Source: Actinomycetota bacterium (GTDB lineage: Bacteria > Actinomycetota > JAHEXW01). Taken from it: a stretch of 64,000 nt of DNA. The number at the start of each line of letters is the position of its first letter. The first letter of the stretch is position 1. The stretch covers positions 344,299 to 408,298 of the forward strand of contig JBAZZW010000002.1 of NCBI GenBank assembly GCA_041658625.1, given 5' to 3'. The notes beneath the pieces are model-generated. The model worked only from the letters and a program-made list of their open reading frames with translations. It was not told where the DNA came from and made no database searches. Made by a program: the position numbers and the translations under genes. Below are positions 48,948 to 58,595 of this stretch, in pieces.

Positions 48948-50170
48948 CCTTATTCGTTGACGGCGGCTCCCGCGGCAATCCGGGACCGGCGGCCATCGGC
49001 GCCATAATCAAAAAGGACGGCTCTGAAATAGAACGGATTTCCGAGTACATTGGCGAGACCACAAACAACCTGGCGGAATACAGCGCGCTGGTAGCAGGCT
49101 TGCGGCGGGCGGCTATGCATAACGCGGGCTCGATTCACGTTAAAGCCGACAGCGAGCTTATGGTCAACCAGTTGCTGGGAAAATTCAAGGTCAAGAATGC
49201 CGCCATTAAGCCGCTGTATGAAGAAGCAGTTGCCATCCTTAAGAAATTCGATAATGTGGGTATCGAAAGAATCCCCCGGGAGAAGAACGGCGAAGCCGAC
49301 GCTCTGGTTAACGAGGCCCTTGACGCGCGTACCGGCAAGAAGAAAAAGCCTAAACCGGGCAAAGGCGGGCTGGTAGGATTCTTGTCGGATTTCGGAACCG
49401 GAGACGCTTGGGCGGCGGTCGTCAAAGGCGTTATGAAAAAGGCCAATCCGTCGGTTGAGATAATCGACATCAGCCACGATGTACCCGCCTATAATATCCG
49501 TAAAGGAGCTTTTGTTCTGGAAACCGCCGTTGAACATATCCCGGCCGCGGTGTTTCTAGCGGTTGTCGACCCGGAAGTCGGCGGGCAAAGGAGATGCCTG
49601 ATTATAAGCACGACTTCGGGCACATATTTGGTCGGACCGGACAACGGCTTGCTGATGCCGGCCGCCGGCAGACTGGGCGGCACGGTGGAGGCTTACGCGA
49701 TATCGGTCCCTAAAGGAACAGAAAAGAGTGTGTCGGAAACCTTTCACGCCCGGGATGTTTTCGGTCCCGCGGCGGCGCGGCTGGCCGACGGAGTTCTACC
49801 TTCGGAACTTGGCGAGGAGATCGACCGGTCCGGATTAATTGCGGCGCCGTACGGACGGACGGATGTCGTCGACGGCGTGATTAATGCCGAGATCATTGAC
49901 GTTGACCGCTACGGCACGCTGCGTCTGAACATACGAAGGAGTGAAGCCGAACCGGCGGGATATACAATCGATAGATCGGTTACAATCGTTTTTGACGACG
50001 GCAAAACGACTCTAAAGGTAGTCAGGACTTTCCGCGATGTCGAGCAGGGCCGCGCCATGCTGCTCTATGATTCCTCCGATTACTTATGCGTTTCCGTAAA
50101 CGGGGCGCACGCCGGATTAGCCTTTGGCCTCAACGCCGGCGACCGACTGACCCTTAAGCTAACTGGCTAA
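48911..50170 (+). CDS. fusion protein: Rv2228c-type RNase H domain + DUF62 (SAM hydroxide adenosyltransferase/SalL-FlA-like) domain
   Basis: N-terminus ITLFVDGGSRGNPGPAAIGAII…TNNLAEYSAL…KADSELMV…NGEADALVNEALD (DEDD catalytic residues). C-terminus GFLSDFGTGDAWAAVVKGVM…IIDISHDVPAYNIRKGAFVL…VVDPEVGGQRR…VGPDNGLL matches the DUF62 signature. Confidence 0.8.
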   Translation: MRILPQNTDFEITLFVDGGSRGNPGPAAIGAIIKKDGSEIERISEYIGETTNNLAEYSALVAGLRRAAMHNAGSIHVKADSELMVNQLLGKFKVKNAAIKPLYEEAVAILKKFDNVGIERIPREKNGEADALVNEALDARTGKKKKPKPGKGGLVGFLSDFGTGDAWAAVVKGVMKKANPSVEIIDISHDVPAYNIRKGAFVLETAVEHIPAAVFLAVVDPEVGGQRRCLIISTTSGTYLVGPDNGLLMPAAGRLGGTVEAYAISVPKGTEKSVSETFHARDVFGPAAARLADGVLPSELGEEIDRSGLIAAPYGRTDVVDGVINAEIIDVDRYGTLRLNIRRSEAEPAGYTIDRSVTIVFDDGKTTLKVVRTFRDVEQGRAMLLYDSSDYLCVSVNGAHAGLAFGLNAGDRLTLKLTG

Positions 50171-50175
50171 GAAAG

Positions 50176-51066
50176 ATGGAAGAGGATCTGGCCCGATACC
50201 TTGGTTACCTAGAAAGCCAGAACCGGTATTCTCCGCACACGATAGACGCCTTCGGACGCGACGTAAAAACCTTTCTGGAGTTCTTGTCACGCTCGGGAAA
50301 GACGGATTTAGGGGCTGTCGATTACCGCTTTCTTAGAAGATATCTCGCCTATTGCGACACGTTAAAGCTCTCCAAAAATACCGTCAAAAGACGTCTTTCC
50401 GCTATCAGATCGTTTCTGTCTTTTCTCTGCAGCGAAGGCCGGTTGGAGGCCAACGCGGCTATGTTGGTAGGTTTCCCCAAGGCGCCGAAAACCTTGCCTA
50501 GGGTTCTAAGCCGGGACGAGGTCGTCAAGATGATCGAGGAGCCCGGGCCCAACCTCAAAAGGTCCTTGCGCGACCGGGCGGTACTGGAACTTCTTTACGC
50601 GACCGGCCTCCGAGTCAGCGAACTCGCGTCGCTTAATGTAAGGGATTTGAATCCGGAGACAAAGGAACTACGCGTCAAGGGAAAAGGAGATAAGGAACGG
50701 ATCGTTTTCTATACCGCGGTCGCCTCGCAAGCCCTGGCCGATTATGTGGCTATTGCGCGGACCAAAGACGCGGTAACGGAACCGCCTCCGGAAGCTTTGT
50801 TCATAAACAACCGAGGCGGCCGCCTGTCGGTGAGAAGCCTTCAGTATGTCGTCGAAGCGGCGGCCGGAAGAAGCCGGCTGGGACGGCGGGCCAGCCCGCA
50901 TATGCTCAGGCATTCTTTCGCCACGCATCTGCTGGAGGAGGGCGCCGATTTGAGGACCATCCAGGAGCTTTTGGGGCACGCCGACCTGGCGACAACGCAG
51001 ATTTACACGCATCTTGATAAACGGCGCCTTAAAAACGTCTACCGGCAAGCTCACCCGCGACCCTAA
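50176..51066 (+). CDS. xerC: tyrosine site-specific recombinase XerC/XerD family
   Basis: R…HxxR…Y catalytic set (HMLRHSFATHLL, LGHADLATTQIYTH). 296 aa. Confidence 0.9.
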   Translation: MEEDLARYLGYLESQNRYSPHTIDAFGRDVKTFLEFLSRSGKTDLGAVDYRFLRRYLAYCDTLKLSKNTVKRRLSAIRSFLSFLCSEGRLEANAAMLVGFPKAPKTLPRVLSRDEVVKMIEEPGPNLKRSLRDRAVLELLYATGLRVSELASLNVRDLNPETKELRVKGKGDKERIVFYTAVASQALADYVAIARTKDAVTEPPPEALFINNRGGRLSVRSLQYVVEAAAGRSRLGRRASPHMLRHSFATHLLEEGADLRTIQELLGHADLATTQIYTHLDKRRLKNVYRQAHPRP

Positions 51067-51085
51067 GTTGTAGTATTCTTTATTC

Positions 51086-51895
51086 ATGAATCGAATAGAG
51101 GCGAAACCGCAACAGGACAAGGAAAAGACACAAGAGCAGAACGAGATTCAGGAGGTCTGGCGGCAATACAAAGAAACGGCGGCGCCGGAGCTTCGCGACA
51201 GGTTGATTCTGCATTATGCGCCGCTCGTGAAATACGTTGCCGGCCGCATCTATGTTAGAGTCCCCCCAAACGTCGACCACGGAGATCTGGTAAGCTGCGG
51301 CGTCTTTGGTTTAATCGACGCCATCGAGAAATTCGACTTATCAAAGAACATTAAGTTCGAAACCTACGCCATCGCCCGAGTCAAAGGCGCCATCATCGAT
51401 GAACTTCGGTCCCTGGATTGGATTCCCCGCTCGATTCGCTTTAAAGCCAAAGAGCTGGAGAAGACCTACGTGGAACTCGAGGGACGCCTGAAAAGGACAC
51501 CGACGGACGAGGAAGTCTGCCGGGAACTCGGAATATCCAAGGATAAGCTCCATGAAACCATTAGTCAGATCGGCAACACGGCCGTAGTAGCCCTGGACGA
51601 CACCTTTACTGTCGGCAAGGATATGGACGGGCGCGTCGGCTTAATCGACATTATTGAAGACGAGACCAGCGCCGAACCGGCCGCGACCTTTGAGGTCGAG
51701 GAGATGAAGACGCTGCTCGCGCAGTCTATCGACCGCCTGCCGGAGCGGGAAAAGACCGTTATCGCGCTTTACTACTACGAAGGCCTAACATTGAAGGAGA
51801 TCGGCGAGGTTCTGGGGGTAACGGAATCACGCGTCTCGCAGATGCACACGAAGGCCATTCTGCAGCTAAAAGCAAAGCTGAAGCAGTATATTTAA
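51086..51895 (+). CDS. sigD: FliA/SigD (sigma-28)-family RNA polymerase sigma factor
   Basis: Collinear similarity to Bacillus SigD over regions 2-4 (LILHYAPLVKYVAGRI…GVFGLIDAIEKFDLSKNIKFETYAIARVKGAIIDELR…IALYYYEGLTLKEIGEVLGVTESRVSQMHTKA). Confidence 0.85.
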   Translation: MNRIEAKPQQDKEKTQEQNEIQEVWRQYKETAAPELRDRLILHYAPLVKYVAGRIYVRVPPNVDHGDLVSCGVFGLIDAIEKFDLSKNIKFETYAIARVKGAIIDELRSLDWIPRSIRFKAKELEKTYVELEGRLKRTPTDEEVCRELGISKDKLHETISQIGNTAVVALDDTFTVGKDMDGRVGLIDIIEDETSAEPAATFEVEEMKTLLAQSIDRLPEREKTVIALYYYEGLTLKEIGEVLGVTESRVSQMHTKAILQLKAKLKQYI

Positions 51896-51933
51896 TTTGA
51901 ACGGGTAAAAATATCTGTGATAAACTAGACGTT

Positions 51934-51966
51934 GCGTCTCTAAGGAAGAGACGCGCGTATTTTTTT
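51934..51966 (+). terminator. rho-independent terminator after sigD
   Basis: GCGTCTCT-aagga-AGAGACGC followed by GCGTATTTTTTT. Confidence 0.75.
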
Positions 51967-51991
51967 GCAAAAAAAGGGGGTGAGACAAGAA

Positions 51992-52855
51992 TTGGCAATT
52001 ATCTCGATGAAGAGCCTTTTAGAAGCGGGCGTACATTTCGGTCATCAGACAAGACGCTGGAATCCCAAGATGAAGAAGTACATCTACACCGAACGCAACG
52101 GAATCCACATTATCGACCTGGAACAATCGCTCGACTTCATTGATAAGGCCTACGGATTCGTTAAGGATGTGTCGACGAAAGGCGGGATGGTGCTGTTCGT
52201 GGGGACCAAGAAACAGGCCCAGGAAGGCATCAGGGAACAGGCCGACCGGTGTGATATGCCGTATGTGAACCAGCGCTGGTTGGGCGGTACGCTGACCAAT
52301 TTCGTCACCATTAAGGAGCGGTTGCGCCGACTGGAAGAGCTCGAAAAGAAAGACGAGAGCGACGACTGGGGAGGCCTGCCCAAAAAGACCATCCTGCAAC
52401 TAAAGCGCGAAAAGGAAAAGCTGGCCATCAGTTTAGGCGGTTTACGCAGGATGAATAAGCTGCCGGACATTATGTTCGTCATAGATGGCCGCAAAGAAGC
52501 CCTCGCCATAAAGGAGGGCCGGAAACTGGGAACGCCCATTATCGGGCTGATAGACACGAACAGCGATCCGGACGATGTGGACTACATCATCCCGGGCAAT
52601 GACGACGCTATCCGCTCGGTCAACCTGATCGCCAGGGTAATAGCCGACGCCGTCATGGAAGGCAAAGCGGGCTCCCAGGCGGTAAAGGACGCCGAGGCGG
52701 CCGCGGCGGAAACAGCCGCCGCAGAAGCTCCAACAAGCGAGCCAGCCTCTGCCGAGCCAGCCTCTGCCGAGGCTCCATCCTCGGCCAAGGATCCCGCCGC
52801 CGCTGAAGCTCCGGCGGGCAGGACGGCTGGTAAACCGGCTGTGGAAACAAAATAA
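51992..52855 (+). CDS. rpsB: 30S ribosomal protein S2 with low-complexity Ala/Glu/Pro C-terminal tail
   Basis: (M)[29 protein letters not shown] 51992 after RBS AAAAAGGGGGTGA. The track ORF starts at TTG 51965. Confidence 0.95.
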   Translation: MAIISMKSLLEAGVHFGHQTRRWNPKMKKYIYTERNGIHIIDLEQSLDFIDKAYGFVKDVSTKGGMVLFVGTKKQAQEGIREQADRCDMPYVNQRWLGGTLTNFVTIKERLRRLEELEKKDESDDWGGLPKKTILQLKREKEKLAISLGGLRRMNKLPDIMFVIDGRKEALAIKEGRKLGTPIIGLIDTNSDPDDVDYIIPGNDDAIRSVNLIARVIADAVMEGKAGSQAVKDAEAAAAETAAAEAPTSEPASAEPASAEAPSSAKDPAAAEAPAGRTAGKPAVETK

Positions 52856-52874
52856 ACGAAAGGAAGAGAAGAAC

Positions 52875-53408
52875 TTGGCATCAGTAGATGAAATCAAGAA
52901 CCTTCGCGAAGTTACCGGCGCCGGCGTCATGGACTGCAAACGGGCGCTGACCGAATGCGGCGGTGACGCTGCCAAGGCGGCTGATTTCCTAAGGGAGAAA
53001 GGCCTCTTGAAAGCGGCCGATAAAAGCGAGAGAACGGCCAACGAAGGCCTGGTCGAGCCCTACATTCACGGGGGAGGCCGGCTGGGGGTCCTGGTCGAGA
53101 TAAACTGCGAGACGGACTTCGTCGCCAGAAATGAAGCGTTCAAGCAGTTCGCTCACAACGTCGCCATGCATATCGCGGCGGCCGCGCCGGATTACGTTAA
53201 GGAAGACGATGTGCCCAAGGAAATCCTGAAGGGCATGTCCGACGCCGAGGCGAAGGATTATCTTAAGGAAAAAGTCCTTTTGAACCAAGGCTTTGTCAGG
53301 GATGAGTCGATGACTATCGGTCAATTGCTGACCGACCTGGCCTCAAAGACCGGAGAGAATGTTGTCATCAGACGATTCGCTCGTTTCGGCCTGGGCGAGG
53401 AAGGATAA
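52875..53408 (+). CDS. tsf: elongation factor Ts (short form)
   Basis: N-terminal UBA-like [22 protein letters not shown]; TDFVARNE. 177 aa. Confidence 0.9.
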   Translation: MASVDEIKNLREVTGAGVMDCKRALTECGGDAAKAADFLREKGLLKAADKSERTANEGLVEPYIHGGGRLGVLVEINCETDFVARNEAFKQFAHNVAMHIAAAAPDYVKEDDVPKEILKGMSDAEAKDYLKEKVLLNQGFVRDESMTIGQLLTDLASKTGENVVIRRFARFGLGEEG

Positions 53409-53411
53409 CAG

Positions 53412-54128
53412 ATGCCGGAACCGGTATATAAACGGGTTCTGTTAAAGCTGAGCGGAGAATCGTTGGCCGACCCCGACTCCGGAACCGGCTTGTGCTACGA
53501 AATAATCGGCGCCATCGCCGAACAGATTAAAGCCGTCCACGATGAAGGTGTGGAAATAGCCATCGTCGTGGGCGGCGGTAACATTTTTCGGGGCGCTCCG
53601 GCCGAGAAACATGGTATCGAGCGGGCGACCGGAGACTATATGGGTATGGTGGCGACGGTAATCAACGCGCTGGCCATGCAGAACGCGCTGGAGCAGCACG
53701 GCGTTTTCACCCGCGTCCAATCGGCCATCTCCATGCAGGAGGTCGCCGAACCCTATATCAGGCGGCGGGCTGTCAGGCACCTTGAGAAAGGCCGAGTCGT
53801 CATCTTCGCGGCCGGCACCGGCAACCCGTACTTCACAACGGACACGGCCGCTTCGCTTAGGGCTTTGGAGGTCGAGGCGGACGCGATTATAAAAGCCACT
53901 CGCGTCGACGGCGTTTACGACTCAGACCCGGAAACCAATCCGTCGGCGAAGCTGTTTGACTCTTTGTCATACATGGACGTAATAAACCGCGATTTAAAGG
54001 TGATGGACGCAACGTCAATCACACTTTGCCGGGACAACAGCCTGCCCATAATCGTCTTCAACATCACCGAACCCGCCAATATCAAGAAAGTCATCCTGGG
54101 GGAGAAAATCGGTACTATCGTTTCCTAG
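53412..54128 (+). CDS. pyrH: UMP kinase
   Basis: VLLKLSGE…GGGNIFRG…[10 protein letters not shown] motifs. Confidence 0.95.
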   Translation: MPEPVYKRVLLKLSGESLADPDSGTGLCYEIIGAIAEQIKAVHDEGVEIAIVVGGGNIFRGAPAEKHGIERATGDYMGMVATVINALAMQNALEQHGVFTRVQSAISMQEVAEPYIRRRAVRHLEKGRVVIFAAGTGNPYFTTDTAASLRALEVEADAIIKATRVDGVYDSDPETNPSAKLFDSLSYMDVINRDLKVMDATSITLCRDNSLPIIVFNITEPANIKKVILGEKIGTIVS

Positions 54129-54148
54129 AACCAACTCAAGGAGGGACA

Positions 54149-54715
54149 ATGGACCAGTTCAGCGGCAAAATCGAGGTTGACGCCGAGCACCGGATGAAAA
54201 AAGCGATCCAGGTTTTGAGAGACGAGTTCATGACCGTCCGTACAGGCAGGGCGTCGACTGCTTTGCTAGACAGGCTAATGGTGGAATATTACGGCGCCGA
54301 AGCGCCGCTTATCCAGCTGGCGACCGTATCCGCGCCGGAACCGCGGCTTCTTGTAGTGCATCCGTTCGACAAAACGTCCATCCCGGCCATTGAGAAAGCC
54401 ATTCAACAGTCGGACTTGGGGATAACCCCCGGCAACGACGGCAACGTAGTGCATCTGCCTATTCCTCCGCTAAACGAAGAGCGCCGCAAAGACCTGATTA
54501 AAGTAGTCAAAACGATGGCCGAGGAAAGCCGGGTTGCCATCAGAAACGTCAGACGCGACGCCAACGAACATCTGAAGTCTCTCAAGAAGGACAAGAAAGT
54601 TTCCGAGGACGATGAACGTCGGGCTGAGGAAGAAACGCAGAGACTAACCGACAAATACATTAAAGAAATCGACGAGATGCTTAAGAATAAGGAGCAGGAG
54701 ATATTGGAGGTGTAG
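54149..54715 (+). CDS. frr: ribosome recycling factor
   Basis: …VRTGRAS…LD.I.VEYYG… ATG 54149 after GGAGGGA. The track ORF begins at 54026 inside pyrH. Confidence 0.95.
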   Translation: MDQFSGKIEVDAEHRMKKAIQVLRDEFMTVRTGRASTALLDRLMVEYYGAEAPLIQLATVSAPEPRLLVVHPFDKTSIPAIEKAIQQSDLGITPGNDGNVVHLPIPPLNEERRKDLIKVVKTMAEESRVAIRNVRRDANEHLKSLKKDKKVSEDDERRAEEETQRLTDKYIKEIDEMLKNKEQEILEV

Positions 54716-54737
54716 CGCGGGCCTCCGGTATATTGAT

Positions 54738-55520
54738 ATGAAAAAGACAACAGGTCTTCGCGCGGACGGTTCCGGCGAAGACCTATTTCTAGGAAAAATA
54801 GATAGGGCTAGAGTCCCGGCGCATGTCGCCATCATCATGGACGGCAACGGCCGCTGGGCCAAGAAACGCGCATTGCCGCGCATCGCAGGTCACAGGGCTG
54901 GCGTCAAATCGGTAAAGAGAGCGCTTGAAGCCGCCCGGAACTTGGGGGTCGATTACCTTACCCTGTACGCTTTCTCGCTGGAGAACTGGCGCCGGCCGGA
55001 GGATGAAGTCAGCGGGCTGATGAAGCTTTTGGTCGAAACGATCAAGGGCGAGCTGAAAGAACTGAACGATCAAGGCATAAGGTTAAAAGCCTTGGGCAGA
55101 TGGCGCGAGTTGCCGCCAGAGATTGTCGCGGAGATTGAAAAGTCGTTGGACTTGACGGCGGGCAACACAAAAGGCAACCTGGTCCTGGCGGTCAACTACG
55201 GCGGCCGCGCGGAGATCGTCGACGCCGCCAAGCGCTTGGCGGCCGAGGCCTCCTCGGGCGCGATAAATCCTGAGGATATCGACGAGGATGTTTTCGCTGC
55301 CAGATTATATGACCCCGAAATCCCGGATCCGGATTTGTTCATAAGAACCAGCGGGGAGATGCGCGTCAGCAACTTTCTATTATGGGAAATCGCCTACACG
55401 GAAATGTGGGTTACGCCGGTTTTATGGCCTGATTTCGACAAGAGAGACTTTTACGAGGCGGTCTACGAGTATCAAAAGCGTTCCAGGCGGTTCGGCGGCC
55501 TGGACCCTGAGGCAGGTTAA
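54738..55520 (+). CDS. uppS: undecaprenyl pyrophosphate synthase (cis-prenyltransferase)
   Basis: HVAIIMDGNGRWA…RTSGEMRVSNFLLWE. Confidence 0.93.
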   Translation: MKKTTGLRADGSGEDLFLGKIDRARVPAHVAIIMDGNGRWAKKRALPRIAGHRAGVKSVKRALEAARNLGVDYLTLYAFSLENWRRPEDEVSGLMKLLVETIKGELKELNDQGIRLKALGRWRELPPEIVAEIEKSLDLTAGNTKGNLVLAVNYGGRAEIVDAAKRLAAEASSGAINPEDIDEDVFAARLYDPEIPDPDLFIRTSGEMRVSNFLLWEIAYTEMWVTPVLWPDFDKRDFYEAVYEYQKRSRRFGGLDPEAG

Positions 55521-55522
55521 AC

Positions 55523-56305
55523 ATGCTGTGGGTTAGGATTGTCAGCGGACTTATCGGGGCTCCGATTCTGGTCGGCTTGATATGGCTGGGGTACTGGCCG
55601 TTCGCGGTGGCGGTTATCGCTTTATCTCTGATTGCGTTGCTGGAATACTACGCGCCGTGGCCGAACAAAAACATATTTCCGGTGACCTGGCTGGGCGTCT
55701 TGTTTGGTCTCACTTTTCCGGTTATGGTGGCGGCGGGTTTCCGTCAATTGATTATGGTTTTCATGGCGGCGCTGGTCGCCTCTGTCTTGATATGGCAGAT
55801 ATTTACGGCCCGCCGGGCGCGCGCCGGTCTTGACGCGGGTGTAACAGTCTTGGGATCGCTCTATGCGGGGCTTTTCCCAAGTTTTCTGATCTTGACCTAC
55901 CGTCTGGGATCCGGCCGGGACATTATCCTGGCCGCGGTCGTCTGCGTCTGGGCTTGCGATATGGCCGCGTTCTTTATCGGTAAGGCCATCGGAAGACACA
56001 AATTAGCGCCGGAAATCAGCCCCCAGAAAACGATTGAGGGAGCGGTGGCCGGCGCGGTCGCGGCGCTGTCGACTGGCGTTTTCTTTTCGGTTATTGGTTG
56101 GCTGAGCTGGCCCAAGGGCATTTCGCTGGGAATTACCGTAGCCGTCATCGCGCAGCTGGGAGACTTGGTCGCCTCGATGCTTAAGAGGGAAGTGGGCATT
56201 AAGGATTTCGGCCGCATCATCCCCGGTCACGGAGGAGTTTTAGACAGATTCGACGGTTTGTTTTTCGCCGCCCCGTTTATTTACATTTTGTTCTACCTGT
56301 ATTAG
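55523..56305 (+). CDS. cdsA: phosphatidate cytidylyltransferase
   Basis: Polytopic. C-terminal DLVASMLKREVGIKDFGRIIPGHGGVLDRFD signature. Confidence 0.9.
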   Translation: MLWVRIVSGLIGAPILVGLIWLGYWPFAVAVIALSLIALLEYYAPWPNKNIFPVTWLGVLFGLTFPVMVAAGFRQLIMVFMAALVASVLIWQIFTARRARAGLDAGVTVLGSLYAGLFPSFLILTYRLGSGRDIILAAVVCVWACDMAAFFIGKAIGRHKLAPEISPQKTIEGAVAGAVAALSTGVFFSVIGWLSWPKGISLGITVAVIAQLGDLVASMLKREVGIKDFGRIIPGHGGVLDRFDGLFFAAPFIYILFYLY

Positions 56306-56317
56306 GAGACCGTATTT

Positions 56318-57436
56318 ATGGAAAATATCGTAATCCTCGGCTCGACCGGCTCCATCGGCCGCCAAGCGCTGGACGTGATAGCCGCTTACCCCGACGAATA
56401 CAATGTTGTCGGGTTGTCGGCATTCTCAAACGCGGTTCTTTTAAAAGAGCAGGCAGCGGCCTTACCCGGCAACCCGAAGACCGCGCTGGCTTCAGGCATC
56501 GGCCTTGAAGGCATCCTGGAGCTGTGCCGTCTGAAAGAAGCCGACACGGTCATAAACGCCCTGGTTGGTTCAGCTGGCTTACGGCCGACTCTAGAATCCC
56601 TTAAAGCGGGCAAGCGCCTGCTTCTGTCAAACAAGGAGAGCCTGGTGGCGGGAGGTGAGCTTGTGATGAGGGCGGCCAGAGCTGCCGGCTGCGACATAAT
56701 CCCGATCGATTCGGAGCATTCGGCCATCTTCCAGTGCCTGACGGGTGAAAACATGTCCGAAGTCAAAAGGATTATTATAACCGCGTCCGGCGGACCGTTT
56801 CGCGGCCGGACGCGCGCGCAGTTGCTGAATGTGACTGTGGAAGACGCGCTGGCGCATCCCCGCTGGACCATGGGCCCGAAGATTACAATCGACTCAGCGA
56901 CCTTGATGAATAAGGGGCTTGAGGTCATCGAGGCGCATTTCCTGTTCGGCCTGCCGTACGAGCAGATCGACGTGGTTGTTCACCCGCAGAGCATTGTCCA
57001 TTCTTTGGTCGAGTTCGTCGACGGCAGCGTGCTGTCGCAACTGGGTCCGACCGATATGAGGTTGCCGATCCAATACGCGTTGACCTATCCTACCCGGCGT
57101 CCGACGCCGGCGGGCTTCATCGACCTGATACACCTTGGCAAGCTGACGTTTGAGGCCGCCGATAGAAAGACATTTCCGTGTCTGGAATACGGCTATGAGG
57201 CGGGGCGGCGGGGCGGCACCTACCCGGCCGCCGTCAACGCGGCTAACGAGGAAGCCGTGACGGCCTTCCTGAAAGCGGATATCGGGTTATCCGACATCCC
57301 GGCCGTTATCGAAGAGATTTTGGAAAGCCACACCGGCCAAGCCGCCGACTCTATAGAGGCCATCGAAAACGCGGAGAAGTCGGCTCGCGCCGGCGCTTTG
57401 GCCTATATCAATACGGTCACGGAGGGCTGGTCTTAA
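56318..57436 (+). CDS. dxr: 1-deoxy-D-xylulose 5-phosphate reductoisomerase
   Basis: ILGSTGSIGRQALDV NADPH motif; SEHSAIFQC; LANKESLV. Confidence 0.95.
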   Translation: MENIVILGSTGSIGRQALDVIAAYPDEYNVVGLSAFSNAVLLKEQAAALPGNPKTALASGIGLEGILELCRLKEADTVINALVGSAGLRPTLESLKAGKRLLLSNKESLVAGGELVMRAARAAGCDIIPIDSEHSAIFQCLTGENMSEVKRIIITASGGPFRGRTRAQLLNVTVEDALAHPRWTMGPKITIDSATLMNKGLEVIEAHFLFGLPYEQIDVVVHPQSIVHSLVEFVDGSVLSQLGPTDMRLPIQYALTYPTRRPTPAGFIDLIHLGKLTFEAADRKTFPCLEYGYEAGRRGGTYPAAVNAANEEAVTAFLKADIGLSDIPAVIEEILESHTGQAADSIEAIENAEKSARAGALAYINTVTEGWS

Positions 57437-57437
57437 C

Positions 57438-58481
57438 GTGTGGTATATTCTGCTAGGAATCCTGGTCATCAGCATAATTGTGATTGTTCATGAGTTCGGA
57501 CATTTCGGATTCGCCAAGCTGTTCGGCATTCCGGTAGATGTTTTTTGTCTGGGCTACGGCAAACCGATCATCAAGAAAAAGATCGGCGGCACCGTCTATG
57601 GCGTCGGGCCGATACCGTTTGGCGGCTACGTTAAAATCCCAGGTCTGGACCCGCGGGAGAAGGAAATGCTCCCCCCGGAAGAAGCTGAGAAGTTTTTTCT
57701 ATACCCATACTGGAAGCGCGTCCTGATGGTGACGGGCGGGCCGGTCGCCAATACGATTCTGGCCTTCCTGGTCTATGTGGTTATCTTCATGGTCGGCGTC
57801 CCTGGCGTAACGACGACCATAGATAGCGTAGAAGCCAAATCCCCGGCGGCCAAAGCGGGTATAAAAGCCGGCGACAAGATTGTGGCGATTAACGGCGCCA
57901 GTGTTACGACATGGCAGCGGGCGGTCGAGAAACTACAGGGCGCCAAGGGCGATACGGTTAAAGTCACCGTCGTGCGAGATGGCAAGAAAATTACCTTAAC
58001 CAGCGGTTTCGGCACAAAGGACGGCGCCCGCTATATCGGCATCGTCGCCAAGAGGACTACCTATAACATCGGTATGGGTTTCTTTCCGGCAGTTCAAGCT
58101 GCTTTCATATGGGTAGCCACGTTGTTCTACGAGATATTTAGAAGCCTTGTCCTGCTGCTGATGGGAAGGTTGCCGTTCCGGCCGATGAGTCCTGTCGGCA
58201 TCGTACAGGTAACGAGCCAAGCCGCCCAACACGGCTATATAATCTTCCTGAATTTCGTGGCCTTTATAAACGTCGCGATCGGAGCGACAAATCTGATACC
58301 GATTTTCCCGTTGGACGGGGCGAGGGCCCTGCTATGGACGGTCGAGCGGGTGATAAGACGGCAGCTTTCCAACCGCGCGGTTTACGCTTACCAGTTCACC
58401 GGCGTCGGCCTGCTGCTCTTGGCCACTATTTGGGCTCTTTATCTTGATATTTTTAAGGCCATACCCGATCCGTTTAAGTAG
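57438..58481 (+). CDS. rseP: RIP site-2 metalloprotease RseP/YluC family
   Basis: HEFGHF zinc motif, PDZ domain, LDG motif (NLIPIFPLDG). Confidence 0.9.
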   Translation: MWYILLGILVISIIVIVHEFGHFGFAKLFGIPVDVFCLGYGKPIIKKKIGGTVYGVGPIPFGGYVKIPGLDPREKEMLPPEEAEKFFLYPYWKRVLMVTGGPVANTILAFLVYVVIFMVGVPGVTTTIDSVEAKSPAAKAGIKAGDKIVAINGASVTTWQRAVEKLQGAKGDTVKVTVVRDGKKITLTSGFGTKDGARYIGIVAKRTTYNIGMGFFPAVQAAFIWVATLFYEIFRSLVLLLMGRLPFRPMSPVGIVQVTSQAAQHGYIIFLNFVAFINVAIGATNLIPIFPLDGARALLWTVERVIRRQLSNRAVYAYQFTGVGLLLLATIWALYLDIFKAIPDPFK

Positions 58482-58595
58482 ACTGAAGTGAAAATGGAAG
58501 TGAGTTTTGGGGTGATTGTTGAAGTGAAGATAGATGCTCTTTTTCACTAACATCACTCCGAAATTAACCTAGGTCACTAGAAAAAGGTCAATCTT

